Shown here: piece by piece, positions 17,168 through 26,737 of the stretch
Numbering within the stretch: the first letter of the stretch is position 1
How the letters are laid out: every line of letters begins with the position of its first letter
Assembly: GCA_043813585.1 (NCBI GenBank)
Contig: JBDRKW010000020.1
Span: 1,185 to 65,184, forward strand
Length of the DNA stretch: 64,000 nucleotides
Source: Candidatus Kerfeldbacteria bacterium
GTDB lineage: Bacteria; Patescibacteriota; Patescibacteriia; UBA9570; XYC2-FULL-38-9
Reading direction: 5' to 3'
The notes under the pieces: generated by a model
Told to the model about the DNA's origin: nothing
Seen by the model: the letters and a program-made list of their open reading frames with translations, nothing else
The model's database searches: none
Position numbers and translations under genes: made by a program

Positions 17168-18130
17168 ATGAAAAAACTCATCGTCACCATACCGGTTTAT
17201 AATGAAGAGGAGAACATCGCAGATGTCATCCGCGAGATTCCGCGCGAGATCCAGGGGGTCGGCAGCGTGGAGGTGTTGGTATACGATGACGGGTCAACAG
17301 ACAGAACGCGGGAAGCCGCTCGTGCGGCGGGCGCGACCCATGTGGTCGGGCGATCAACGAATAAAGGGCTGGCCATCACGTTTAAAGAGGCGTTATGGGC
17401 GGCGCTGGAGCGCGGAGCGGACATTATCGTGAACACGGACGGGGACAACCACTATAACCAGTCCCGCATCCCGGACCTGGTCAAGCCGATTCTGGAAGGC
17501 CATGCCGACATTACAATCGGTTCGCGCAAGGTAAACGACCTGGAAGAGATGCCATTTTGGAACAAGCATCTGAACCGGATCGGGAGCTATGTCGTAACAA
17601 AATGGATCGGCCTGCCAAATCTTGATGTCTCCACCGGATTCCGCGGGTATTCCAAGGATGCGGCGCTCAAGCTGGGCGTCTATTCGCTCCATACCTACGT
17701 GCACACGACGCTCTTGTCTGCGCAGGACCTGAACCTCACCATAACCGAAGTGCCGATCAAGGCGCGTGCGGTATCGCGCGAATCGCGGCTGATCAAGAGT
17801 ATCCCAAACCACCTGTGGAAAGCGGGCATTAACATCATCCGCAATATCGTGCTGTTCCGGCCGCTGCGGTTTTTCGGCGTTATCGCGTTTGTGCTGTTCC
17901 TCATCGGCGCATTGCCGGTGGGGCGGTTCCTCTATTATTATGCGATCGGCAATGGCGGCGGGCATATCCAGTCGCTCGTTCTTGCGGGTGTCCTGATTAT
18001 TTTAAGCTTTAACAGCCTGATGCTCGGCCTGCTCGGTTCATCAATCGGCTGGTCGCGGAAAGTCACCGAAGAGACGCTGTATTTTTTAAAAAAGAGGGAG
18101 ATAGAAAAAAAGAATCAACAAACCGAATAA
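17168..18130 (+). CDS. glycosyltransferase family 2, polyprenol-phosphate sugar transferase (GtrB/ArnC-like) with C-terminal TM helices
   Basis: The start was re-assigned to MKKLIV (track 17132 overlaps ugd). The protein has IPVYNEEENI..VYDDGSTDRT and two C-terminal TM helices (FFGVIAFVLFLIGALPV; LVLAGVLIILSF). Confidence 0.8.
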   Translation: MKKLIVTIPVYNEEENIADVIREIPREIQGVGSVEVLVYDDGSTDRTREAARAAGATHVVGRSTNKGLAITFKEALWAALERGADIIVNTDGDNHYNQSRIPDLVKPILEGHADITIGSRKVNDLEEMPFWNKHLNRIGSYVVTKWIGLPNLDVSTGFRGYSKDAALKLGVYSLHTYVHTTLLSAQDLNLTITEVPIKARAVSRESRLIKSIPNHLWKAGINIIRNIVLFRPLRFFGVIAFVLFLIGALPVGRFLYYYAIGNGGGHIQSLVLAGVLIILSFNSLMLGLLGSSIGWSRKVTEETLYFLKKREIEKKNQQTE

Positions 18131-18142
18131 ATATAAACACGC

Positions 18143-19300
18143 ATGATTGCACCGCATGGAAACAAACTGGTAGAACGCGTTCTGCCGGAAGACAAGATTG
18201 AAGAAGTTAAAAAAGAGGCCGCGTCGCTCGTCAGCATTACGCTCAATGAGGAGCAGATTAAAGATGTGAAAAATATCGCGCGCGGCGTTTTGAGCCCCCT
18301 GACCGGGTTTATGAACCGGGCGGATTTTGAGGGCGTTGTTGACAACATGAAGCTGGCAAGCGGCATTACCTGGTCGATCCCGTTCGTGCTGCATATTTCC
18401 GAAGAGGAGGCAGCCAAGATGAAGAGCGGCGACCGAATTGCGCTGGTGGGCGGAGACGGTGAGCTGGTTGCGCTGATGACGATCGGCGACATTTACGATT
18501 TTGACGTCGAGCACGTGGCAGAGAAGGTATTCGGCACGGCTGACAACGAGCACCCCGGCGTGGCGCGGTGGCGCAAAATCAGCGGACGCAAACTGGTGGG
18601 CGGCGACATTGACCTGGTCGACAACTCGAAAGAGCCGTTCTATGACTATAACCTGGATCCGGCTGAAACGCGGTACCTGTTCAAGCAATACGGGTGGAAC
18701 ACGGTTGCCGGGTTTCAGACGCGCAACACGCCGCATCGCGCGCACGAGTATTTGCAGCGGTGTGCGCTCGAGCTGGTGGACGGCCTCTTCATCAACCCGA
18801 TCATCGGCGAAAAAAAAGCCGGCGATTTCCAGGATGACCTCATTATCAAGACATACGACTACCTTATCAAGAACTTCTTTCCGAAAGAACGCGCCACCTT
18901 TTCGATTTTGCCGGCACGCATGAACTACGCCGGCCCGCGCGAGGCAATCCTGCACGCTATCATCCGCAAGAACTTCGGCTGTACGCATTTTGTCGTCGGC
19001 CGCGACCATGCAGGCGTCGGCAATTACTACGGTTCCTACGACGCGCAGGAAATTTTCGACCAGATCGAGGATATCGGGATTGAAATTATGAAGTTCGAAC
19101 ATTCGTTTTTATGCAAGAAATGCGACACGATGGCGACCACGAAAACGTGCGGCCATACGGACGCCGACCGCGTCTGCCCGTCGGGGTCGCTGATACGCGA
19201 ACTGCTCTCTGCCGGAAAGCCGGTTCCGGAAGATATCATGCGCAAGGAGATTGTTGACCTGCTTCTCGCGGAAAAAAATCTATTCGTTACGGAAGACTAG
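18143..19300 (+). CDS. sat: sulfate adenylyltransferase (ATP sulfurylase)
   Basis: The protein has the GFQTRNTPHRAHEYL (QTRN and HRAH) motifs of ATP sulfurylase. It is 385 aa. Confidence 0.9.
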   Translation: MIAPHGNKLVERVLPEDKIEEVKKEAASLVSITLNEEQIKDVKNIARGVLSPLTGFMNRADFEGVVDNMKLASGITWSIPFVLHISEEEAAKMKSGDRIALVGGDGELVALMTIGDIYDFDVEHVAEKVFGTADNEHPGVARWRKISGRKLVGGDIDLVDNSKEPFYDYNLDPAETRYLFKQYGWNTVAGFQTRNTPHRAHEYLQRCALELVDGLFINPIIGEKKAGDFQDDLIIKTYDYLIKNFFPKERATFSILPARMNYAGPREAILHAIIRKNFGCTHFVVGRDHAGVGNYYGSYDAQEIFDQIEDIGIEIMKFEHSFLCKKCDTMATTKTCGHTDADRVCPSGSLIRELLSAGKPVPEDIMRKEIVDLLLAEKNLFVTED

Positions 19301-19301
19301 G

Positions 19302-20321
19302 ATGCTTGAGATGGTGGATTTCAAAACGCACATCAAAGATGTCGCGCCGGCATCCGTGCTTATCATCCACCACTGGGACGCTGACGGTTTGAGCTGCACC
19401 GCGTTGCTGCTGAACTGGCTGGCGGAGCATGCGCCTGAAACAACCGTGCAGACCATGTACCCGCAGATCAACAACTATTTCCTGACCGAGAGCGAGTATG
19501 AATCCATCCGCGACGGCGGGTATGACGGTATCGTCTGTGCTGACCTGAATTTTTCCGTTGACGTCATCGAAGCGCTGGAGCAGATCGCATCGCCGGTATT
19601 TGTTTTTGACCATCATTCCCAGACAGAAGGCATAAACCGTCCCGGCATCCAGGACACATCGTATCCCGGCTGTTCCGCCCTGGTGCACGAATATTTATTC
19701 GGCGGAGAACCGTCGCTCCTTGGGGTTCTCGGAATGGTTGGCGATATGGAAGAGCGGCTGAAAGAACGCGCAGGCCACTACGAGGCGGTCGAGGCGGTCA
19801 TGGAGAAAGAATCGCTTTCGTTTAAGGATATTCACCACATGACGAGGCTCATTGATACGTCGTATATTATTAAGGACGAGGACGCCATCGCGCATGCGAT
19901 TGAGGTATTGCGAAAAGATCCGAAGGACGCGCTTACCGATGAACAGATGATCGCAAACGAGCAGCGCATTGCGGATGAGTTGGAGCGCGAAAGCGGCAAA
20001 GAGCTGGAGCGGGTGACGGACAAAGTGCTGTTCCTGCCGATTGAATCGGAGATGAGTCTGATTTCGGCAATCACGCGCACGCAGTCGCGCAAGCATCCGG
20101 AAGCGGTGATTGTCACCGAACAGCGGCGCGGAGATGATGCGAGTTTTTATGTGCGAAGGAAAGACGCGGAGATCGACCTGGGCTGCGTGGCAGAGCTGGC
20201 GAAAGGAAAAGGATATGTTGCCGGAGGAAAGCCGGAAGTGACAGGAATTGTTCTGCCGGCCGCTGATCTGGACGGGTTCCGCAGCGAAGTGTTTGAATTG
20301 TTAAAACAGGAGCTTGAGTAG
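19302..20321 (+). CDS. DHH-family phosphoesterase, candidate 3'-phosphoadenosine-5'-phosphate (pAp) phosphatase/nanoRNase (NrnA-like)
   Basis: The start was re-assigned to the ATG directly after the sat stop. The protein has DHH motifs (HHWDADG; FDHHSQ) and a DHHA1-like C-terminus. Its position between sat and cysC suggests pAp recycling. Confidence 0.6.
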   Translation: MLEMVDFKTHIKDVAPASVLIIHHWDADGLSCTALLLNWLAEHAPETTVQTMYPQINNYFLTESEYESIRDGGYDGIVCADLNFSVDVIEALEQIASPVFVFDHHSQTEGINRPGIQDTSYPGCSALVHEYLFGGEPSLLGVLGMVGDMEERLKERAGHYEAVEAVMEKESLSFKDIHHMTRLIDTSYIIKDEDAIAHAIEVLRKDPKDALTDEQMIANEQRIADELERESGKELERVTDKVLFLPIESEMSLISAITRTQSRKHPEAVIVTEQRRGDDASFYVRRKDAEIDLGCVAELAKGKGYVAGGKPEVTGIVLPAADLDGFRSEVFELLKQELE

Positions 20322-21714
20322 TATGAATAACAGGAAGGTCATCGTCATCGGACTGGATTGCGGAACGCCACAGCTTATTTTTGATCAGTATAAAAAAGAC
20401 CTGCCGAATATTTCGGCGATGATGGAGCAGGGAACGTGGGGCAGGCTCAAAAGCACCATACCGCCGATTACCATTCCGGCGTGGGCATGCATGACCACAT
20501 CAAAAACACCGGGCGACCTGGGAGTGTACGGGTTCCGTTCGCGGACGCCAGGCGCGCCGTATGACGCCATGGATATTGCGCACGCGGGCCTTATTAAAGA
20601 AAAACGCATCTGGGATTACCTGGGTGACGCCGGCAAGAAGGTCGGCATGCTCGGGGTGCCGCAGACCTATCCTGTGAAGCCGGTGAACGGCATGATGGTA
20701 TCGAGCTTCATGACACCGAGCACAAAGGAAGAGTTCGCCTACCCGGCAGAATTAAAACAGGAGATCCTCGACATGGTCGCGCCGGATGATTACATTTTTG
20801 ACTTTGCAAACCGGTCCGCAGAACCGCCGGAACAAGTGCTGGAAAAAATCTACACCATGACCGACCAGCGGCAGAAGATCTTCAAGCACTGGATACGGAA
20901 CAAGGAGTGGGACTTCCTCATGATGGTGGAGATGGGCGTGGACCGCATCCACCACTACCTGTGGCAGTACATGGATCCCACGCACAAGGATTATGAAGCC
21001 GGCAACCCTTTCGAAAACAAGATCCGCGAATACTACATGCACATCGACGCGTTCATCGGAGAGGTGCGCGAAATGGCGCCGGCCGACACCGTGATCTACG
21101 TCGTTTCCGACCACGGAGCAAAACGGATGGATGGCATGTTTGTCATCAACGAATGGCTGATTGAAAACGGCTACCTGGTGCTGAAAGAATTCCCGAAGGA
21201 ACCGACAAGCATCAACGCATGTGACGTGGACTGGAGCAAAACGAAGGCATGGGCCTGGGGCGGATTTTACGGGCGCCTGTTTTTGAACATTAAAGGACGC
21301 GAACAGCAGGGCATTGTTGATCCGGCAGACGCGGATGCGCTACTAGACGAACTGCGCTCAAAACTGATGGAAGTGAAGGGTCCAAACGGAGAAGAAATGA
21401 AGCATCTTCTCGTCAAACCGGGCGAATTGTATGCGGATGGGCGTGGCGATTCGCCAGACCTCATGATTTTCTGGGGCGACCTCTACTACAAACTGGCGGG
21501 CACGCTCGGGTACAACTCCTTGTATATCGAAAAGGACGACCGGGGCCTTGATTTCGGCGTCCACGACTGGTATGGTGTGTACTTGCGGCATGATCCGAAG
21601 GCCAAGGGATTGGGCGAAAAAGACGGCCTCAGCATCCTGGACATCACTCCAACCTGGCTGAACGACTTTGGCATGGATGTGCCCGGCGATATGAGAGGAA
21701 CAATTATTGAATAA
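20314..21714 (+). CDS. alkaline-phosphatase-superfamily protein, type I phosphodiesterase/nucleotide pyrophosphatase family
   Basis: The N-terminus [29 protein letters not shown] carries the metal-binding D and the T/S nucleophile typical of PF01663-type enzymes. Confidence 0.65.
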   Translation: MSSMNNRKVIVIGLDCGTPQLIFDQYKKDLPNISAMMEQGTWGRLKSTIPPITIPAWACMTTSKTPGDLGVYGFRSRTPGAPYDAMDIAHAGLIKEKRIWDYLGDAGKKVGMLGVPQTYPVKPVNGMMVSSFMTPSTKEEFAYPAELKQEILDMVAPDDYIFDFANRSAEPPEQVLEKIYTMTDQRQKIFKHWIRNKEWDFLMMVEMGVDRIHHYLWQYMDPTHKDYEAGNPFENKIREYYMHIDAFIGEVREMAPADTVIYVVSDHGAKRMDGMFVINEWLIENGYLVLKEFPKEPTSINACDVDWSKTKAWAWGGFYGRLFLNIKGREQQGIVDPADADALLDELRSKLMEVKGPNGEEMKHLLVKPGELYADGRGDSPDLMIFWGDLYYKLAGTLGYNSLYIEKDDRGLDFGVHDWYGVYLRHDPKAKGLGEKDGLSILDITPTWLNDFGMDVPGDMRGTIIE

Positions 21715-22336
21715 TATGAAACAGAAAGCGACAAACATTACATGGCATGAGGGCGACGTCACAAAGGAAGACCGGGAGAAGCTGCTCGGCCAAAAGGGCG
21801 TGGTGATATGGTTCACCGGCCTTTCAGGATCGGGCAAGTCAACGCTGGCAGTTGAGGTAGAGAAAAAATTGTTTACACAGGGCCGTGCGTGTTATCGTCT
21901 TGATGGCGACAACGTCCGCCACGGGATCAACAAAGACCTTGGTTTTTCAGATGAAGACCGCACGGAAAACATCCGCCGCATCGGCGAGGTGGCAAAACTG
22001 TTCGCCGACGCCGGCATCATTGTGATGACATCATTCATCTCTCCGTTCCGGGCTGACCGCGACATTGTTCGCGCGCTTTTGCCGGAAGGGGAATTTATTG
22101 AAGCGTACGTGCAATGTTCGCTTGAAGAATGCGAACGGCGCGACCCCAAAGGGCTCTATAAGAAAGCGCGTGCGGGCGAGATTCCCGATTTTACCGGCAT
22201 TGATTCGGCATATGAGGAACCGATGGACCCGGAGATTGTTGTGGCGACGGATAAAATGGGCATTGAAGAAGCGACCGATTTCCTATTAAAGGAGCTCGGA
22301 CGCCTAGGAGTACTCAATGGCGAAGTTCAACAATAG
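21707..22336 (+). CDS. cysC: adenylylsulfate (APS) kinase
   Basis: The protein has the P-loop [16 protein letters not shown], is 209 aa, and has a conserved APS-kinase core (DGDNVRHG..). Confidence 0.9.
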   Translation: MNNMKQKATNITWHEGDVTKEDREKLLGQKGVVIWFTGLSGSGKSTLAVEVEKKLFTQGRACYRLDGDNVRHGINKDLGFSDEDRTENIRRIGEVAKLFADAGIIVMTSFISPFRADRDIVRALLPEGEFIEAYVQCSLEECERRDPKGLYKKARAGEIPDFTGIDSAYEEPMDPEIVVATDKMGIEEATDFLLKELGRLGVLNGEVQQ

Positions 22337-24053
22337 AGCAAAGGCGTTTGTTTTCAGCCTGATTATCTGCGCAGCGCTTGCGGTTGGTTTTGGCGTCATT
22401 TATTTCAACGACAGCGCCTGGGGTACCTGGGGCGATGACTCTGCCGGCTATATTTTCCTGGCCGGGCGCATGTGGGAAGGGGAGCCACTAGTGTACCTGG
22501 ATGAACTGGCAGCCAAAGGGCTGGAGTTTTTCGGCGACGAGAAGTTGGCGCGCTGGCTGACGCCGACGCACCACCAGTTTATTAACACCCGTGGCGTGAT
22601 CGCTTCAAAATACCCCGTTGGTGCACCGATGCTCCTGCTGGTCGGAGCGGCGCTTACAGGCAAGAGCGAAGGGTTTTATCTGGTAACGCCTGCACTGGCA
22701 GCCGCAAACCTTGTATTGTTCTATTTTCTGGCCGTTCTCGTCATACCCAGGCATCGGTACCGCCATTTTATCGGCTTGCTGTCTGCCGGAATGCTGGGAT
22801 TATCGGAACTGTATTACAACTACGCCATTGCGCAGCCGATGCGCGAGATCCCGTCCGTGACATTCCTACTGCTGATCGCCATCTTATTGCTGCGCGGCAT
22901 CCGGTTGCTGAAAAATACAGAACGTAAAAAGGCCGCAACGCCGTTTTATTTCATTTTCGCCGCCGGCTTGGCATTTGGCATGGCGTTCAATATCAGGGAG
23001 ACGAGCGCGCTCATCCTGCCCGGAGCCGCATTGTATGTCCTGTTGGCGCTGTGGCCGAAAAAAGAATCCACGCAGAAGTACATCAAGCAGCTGGCGCTGG
23101 TCGGGTTGTCATTTTTTATCGCGGCCGCGGTTGCCGTGATCCCCACAGCGCTGAATTCGTACAATATTTCACAGGACAAGGAGGTCTTCAAGGCCCGCGA
23201 CACAAGCAATGTGGTCGTACTGCCGAATATCGGCCATGTCGAATCATTAAGCGTGCAGAACCTGTTCGACAACCAGGGCAAGTTCCGCCCCGGCACCGGC
23301 TCGCTGCCGCACTATTGGGGCGTGATGCAGGATGTTGTTCCTGTCCCGTACTTCTTGGTGTTTGTCGCGCTTGGTATCTTTTTCTTGTGGAAGGAATCCA
23401 GGCCGAAAACGGCGCTCCTGGTCGGCTGGGCCGTCGGCATTCTTATCATCTTTTCCATTTGGGTGAACCCGTACTCGCGCTACATTATACCGATGTTCCC
23501 ACCGATGATATTCCTGGGCGTATACGGCTTGTTCGGTTTTTTCCAGGAGCTCGTGCCGAAATTGATTAAGAAACGATGGGCAATGACCATCCTTGCGCTG
23601 GGCGTGTCAGCCACCTTTTTGGTGGCCTACCAGCCGGTGTTTGCGGACGTGAAAGAAAATCTTAAAATCGATGTCCATCGGTATAAAGCGATATCTCACA
23701 AGGATTTGGAAACGTTAATCGATCTGGGCGACGAGCTGGTGCTTTCCGACCAGCCGGTGCTGATGTTTTCCGGCGTCTGGCAGTACGGAACGAGCGAAAC
23801 GCTGGAAGCTCATACCGGTTTAAAGACCGTCCGCTTTCCGCTGGAACAGCGGTTTGATTTTAACGAAGGCCGGGTAAACGAATTCTTCGTTTCAATGCTT
23901 TCGGACGGGTACACGCTCTATGTCTGGGTGGACGAAACATCCTCGCCAGAGCTGTTTACATGGCTTGAGATGTATGATACGAATCTCGTGGACACGCTGG
24001 ACTTCACCTTCCAGCCGCAGGTCCGCATTTACGAGGTCAGAGCTCAACGATAG
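22317..24053 (+). CDS. GT-C family membrane glycosyltransferase (ArnT/PMT-like)
   Basis: The protein has more than 10 TM helices and a DD motif in the first extracytoplasmic loop ([10 protein letters not shown]). It has a C-terminal soluble domain of about 130 aa. Confidence 0.6.
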   Translation: MAKFNNRAKAFVFSLIICAALAVGFGVIYFNDSAWGTWGDDSAGYIFLAGRMWEGEPLVYLDELAAKGLEFFGDEKLARWLTPTHHQFINTRGVIASKYPVGAPMLLLVGAALTGKSEGFYLVTPALAAANLVLFYFLAVLVIPRHRYRHFIGLLSAGMLGLSELYYNYAIAQPMREIPSVTFLLLIAILLLRGIRLLKNTERKKAATPFYFIFAAGLAFGMAFNIRETSALILPGAALYVLLALWPKKESTQKYIKQLALVGLSFFIAAAVAVIPTALNSYNISQDKEVFKARDTSNVVVLPNIGHVESLSVQNLFDNQGKFRPGTGSLPHYWGVMQDVVPVPYFLVFVALGIFFLWKESRPKTALLVGWAVGILIIFSIWVNPYSRYIIPMFPPMIFLGVYGLFGFFQELVPKLIKKRWAMTILALGVSATFLVAYQPVFADVKENLKIDVHRYKAISHKDLETLIDLGDELVLSDQPVLMFSGVWQYGTSETLEAHTGLKTVRFPLEQRFDFNEGRVNEFFVSMLSDGYTLYVWVDETSSPELFTWLEMYDTNLVDTLDFTFQPQVRIYEVRAQR

Positions 24054-24058
24054 CCGCT

Positions 24059-24739
24059 ATGCATGAAATAAAGAAAATTGCAGACGTCAAACCGTTCCAG
24101 AAACCGCAGGACTCTGTTTTTTCAATGCTATTCACAAGAAGACTTTCCCGCATCCTGACGTTCATCCTGGTCAAGGCGGATAAGGGCGTAACGCCCAACA
24201 AGGTTTCGACTTTTTCATTCCTGCTCGCGGTCATCGCGTGCGTGCTATTTGTATATGAAGATTATTGGGCGCGGTTTGCCGGCGTTATCCTACTGCAGCT
24301 CAGCTTCGCGTTTGATTGTTCGGACGGCGAGATCGCGCGCATCAAGAACATGAGTTCCAAATTCGGGGCGTGGCTGGATTCTGTCTACGACCGCATCAAA
24401 GAGGTGCTCATGTTTGCGTCCATGACGCTGTACTGGTTCCTGTACGAGGAGCGCGCGGTGTGGGTGCTCCTGGTCGGCTTTTTTGCAATCATCGGTTTGC
24501 TGCTTGTTTCTTACCTGCGCGAAGCGAAGAGAAGCTCCTGGCCGTCGAACCGCGTATCCGAACTGTTTATTGCAAAAGATATCTACGTCGGCACCGTGGA
24601 TGTCACGATCTACCTGGTCAGCTTTGCCGTGCTGTTTAACTTTCAAGTCTACATCCTGACGGTATTTTTACTTGTCAGCATACCGTTGCTGGCCAAGCAG
24701 TTCCTTTCTGCCTACCGGCTTTCGAAAAAAGAAATATAA
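24059..24739 (+). CDS. CDP-alcohol phosphatidyltransferase family protein
   Basis: The protein has the signature DCSDGEIAR..G.WLDSVYDRIKE (D-G-x2-A-R...D-x3-D) and multiple TM helices. Confidence 0.8.
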   Translation: MHEIKKIADVKPFQKPQDSVFSMLFTRRLSRILTFILVKADKGVTPNKVSTFSFLLAVIACVLFVYEDYWARFAGVILLQLSFAFDCSDGEIARIKNMSSKFGAWLDSVYDRIKEVLMFASMTLYWFLYEERAVWVLLVGFFAIIGLLLVSYLREAKRSSWPSNRVSELFIAKDIYVGTVDVTIYLVSFAVLFNFQVYILTVFLLVSIPLLAKQFLSAYRLSKKEI

Positions 24740-24740
24740 A

Positions 24741-24770
24741 ATGCCGCATGAAGCGGCATTTTTCTTATTT
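24741..24770. terminator. bidirectional rho-independent terminator between convergent genes
   Basis: A hairpin ATGCCGC-atgaa-GCGGCAT is flanked by an A-run on one side and TTTTTCTTATTT on the other. Confidence 0.7.
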
Positions 24771-24778
24771 GAGGCGCT

Positions 24779-26404
24779 CTAGAGTTTAATGCTGCCGAGC
24801 GCGCTTTTGATTGAGTCGCGCTCCGACTCCTTTTCTTCTTGTTTGCGCGAAACCGGGCCGATCTCTACCGGCTTCTTTTTGGCATCAGAATCTTCCGTAA
24901 ACAACGCCTTGGAAACGCGGCCGTCGCAGTCAGAAGGAACCGGCAGGCCGAACAGGTGAAGGATAATCGGCGTAATGTCCTGCATCTTCAAATTTTTGAC
25001 CTCGGCGTTGGTTTCAAAGTCCGGGCCGTAGGCCATGAACACGCCGTATTTGCCGTGCTTGTTGCTGACCTCTTCGCCAAACAGGGAGCCGGAATGGAAA
25101 TGGCCGGTGAGCCAGTACTGGTCCAGTTCAAAGAAGATATCCGGCGCCTGGTCAGGCGCATCGCCGCCGTACACCTCGTCGCGCGTCATGACCTTTTTCA
25201 CGACAGGAACGCCCTGCGGGTCCTTGAGGTTGCGGAGCTTATCGATAATTTCGGTTCGCAGCGGCAGGTATTCAGCGCTGGAGACCGTACCGTCCGTGTA
25301 GACCCAGTCCTTGTTGATATAGGCATTGGTGATATAGGCGCCTTTCGGAAAGCAAACGTTCGTTTCGTTGAAATCGATGCCCACGTTCACTTTGATATGG
25401 ACGGGGAAGTATTTCTTCACGATATGGTGGTAGCTCCATTTTGCCGCGCGCTCGGCAACGGGAATCTTCGACAGCGCGTTAATGGCTCCGGTCCCGATAT
25501 TCAGCTTCTTCTTTTTTGCGCGCAGCGTGTCTGTTTCTTTTGCGCGCCTCGTCACCGCGCCGCGGAAGTCGTCGCCCTGCTTGTTTGTCTTCAAATAGCC
25601 CTGCTGTTCAAGCCATCGGTTCAAGTAGAAGATCTTATCAAACGCCGCAAATCCGTGGTCGGAGAGTACAATCAGGTTCGCATCTTCGGGAAGGTTATCT
25701 ACAAACCATTTCAGGTGTTCGTCTATCTTTTCAAAGACGCGGCGGGGGGATTCAGCTTGCTGCTCTTCCAGCTCCTTGAACGCCATGTGTGAAATCCAGT
25801 CGGAATGCGAGAAGAGGTAGAAGAAAAAATCCCACGGCTTCTTTTTGAAGATCGCTTTCACTGCCTCGACCTGCTCTTCCATATGGTTCAATAGGTCTTC
25901 CGTATATTCATCCTGCCGCGACGTGATGCGTAGGCTCTCATCCGGCGTGAGCCGCCATTTCTTCAGCTCCGGGAACTCTTCAACGAGCGATGCGGGATAG
26001 ATGAACTGGTCGCCCTGCGTGAGCAAGCTGGTGATGGTCGGCGTATCCTTCAGTTTCGGCGGCCAGGTAGCAGGCAGGTTCAGCAGAATGGACTTGAGCC
26101 CGCGTTCATGCAACAGCTCATAGATCGTCTTATCCTTGATGTCTTTACTCGTCACGAACTTCATGTTGCCGAGCGAATCAGTCGGAAGCATAAAATCAAA
26201 TACGCCGTGCTTGCCCGGATGCTTGCCGGTGGCAAAGGTCGTCCACGCGGTCGCGGTCATGTTCGGGATGGTCGATTCCAAATCGCCGGACACGCCCTGC
26301 TCCATGAGCTTTTTCACGGTCGGCATGTATCCCTTGTCTGCAAGCGGCTTCAACAATTTCCATGTGGCGCCGTCAAGGCCAATGGCAACAATTTTCCTGT
26401 TCAT
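24779..26404 (-). CDS. alkaline-phosphatase-superfamily protein, type I phosphodiesterase/nucleotide pyrophosphatase family (paralog of 20314-21714)
   Basis: The N-terminus KIVAIGLDGATWKLL..TIPNMTATAWTTFATGK matches that family. The protein is 541 aa. Confidence 0.65.
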   Translation of the reverse strand: MNRKIVAIGLDGATWKLLKPLADKGYMPTVKKLMEQGVSGDLESTIPNMTATAWTTFATGKHPGKHGVFDFMLPTDSLGNMKFVTSKDIKDKTIYELLHERGLKSILLNLPATWPPKLKDTPTITSLLTQGDQFIYPASLVEEFPELKKWRLTPDESLRITSRQDEYTEDLLNHMEEQVEAVKAIFKKKPWDFFFYLFSHSDWISHMAFKELEEQQAESPRRVFEKIDEHLKWFVDNLPEDANLIVLSDHGFAAFDKIFYLNRWLEQQGYLKTNKQGDDFRGAVTRRAKETDTLRAKKKKLNIGTGAINALSKIPVAERAAKWSYHHIVKKYFPVHIKVNVGIDFNETNVCFPKGAYITNAYINKDWVYTDGTVSSAEYLPLRTEIIDKLRNLKDPQGVPVVKKVMTRDEVYGGDAPDQAPDIFFELDQYWLTGHFHSGSLFGEEVSNKHGKYGVFMAYGPDFETNAEVKNLKMQDITPIILHLFGLPVPSDCDGRVSKALFTEDSDAKKKPVEIGPVSRKQEEKESERDSIKSALGSIKL

Positions 26405-26435
26405 ACTATCAGTTAATGTCCGCTTAACCTCTCCC

Positions 26436-26519
26436 GTGCATTTCCATCGCGTGCTATTCTCGTCTTCGCTCGACGCACGCTACATGGAAATGCACTCGCG
26501 AGGATTCGCGGACAGTATT
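26436..26519. repeat. structured inverted-repeat element, copy 1 (12-bp outer stem, 6-bp inner stem, 20-nt loop, conserved 3' tail)
   Basis: The outer stem is GTGCATTTCCAT...ATGGAAATGCAC. The conserved core is cgcgtgctattctcgtcttcgctcgacgcacgctac, and the tail is tcgcgaggattcgcgga. The same core, with a different but perfectly complementary stem, occurs at about 53803-53885. Confidence 0.7.
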
Positions 26520-26524
26520 TTTTA

Positions 26525-26737
26525 TTAATCAAGGTAACCGAGGTCTTCCAGCCGCTTCTTGACGGCTTCCTCCTGTTCCTTGGTGTAGGTCGGTTCTGCG
26601 GCCGGTTCATTGCCGGTCTGCTTAATGACCTCCTCCAGTACATAGTTCACGTACGCTTCGACAGAATCGAATTCGTCGGATGCGTTGACGCGCTCTTCGA
26701 GTTTCTTTGTAAGGTCGTCGTTCAGGTTAATCTGCAT
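26525..26737 (-). CDS. small ribbon-helix-helix (CopG/Arc-like) DNA-binding protein candidate
   Basis: The protein is 70 aa. Its N-terminus MQINLNDDLTKKLEER fits a beta-strand-helix RHH pattern, and it has an acidic C-terminus. No cognate toxin gene was seen. Confidence 0.4.
   Translation of the reverse strand: MQINLNDDLTKKLEERVNASDEFDSVEAYVNYVLEEVIKQTGNEPAAEPTYTKEQEEAVKKRLEDLGYLD

Noticed and set aside
18143-22336. sat/cysC interpreted as part of assimilatory sulfate reduction
   Set aside because: No cysH, cysD/N, sulfite reductase or cysteine synthase is present in the window, and the genes are embedded among glycosyltransferases together with a pAp phosphatase and downstream sulfotransferases. 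Assimilation elsewhere in the genome cannot be excluded from this window alone.
26136-26528. Small plus-strand ORFs running through the structured repeat copies (26136-26528; also 53638-53892 and 53720-53941), which share an LDARY-like peptide
   Set aside because: The peptide similarity is a by-product of the conserved nucleotide core. The ORFs overlap the phosphodiesterase and rmlB genes and have no start context. The conservation is better explained at the DNA/RNA-structure level.
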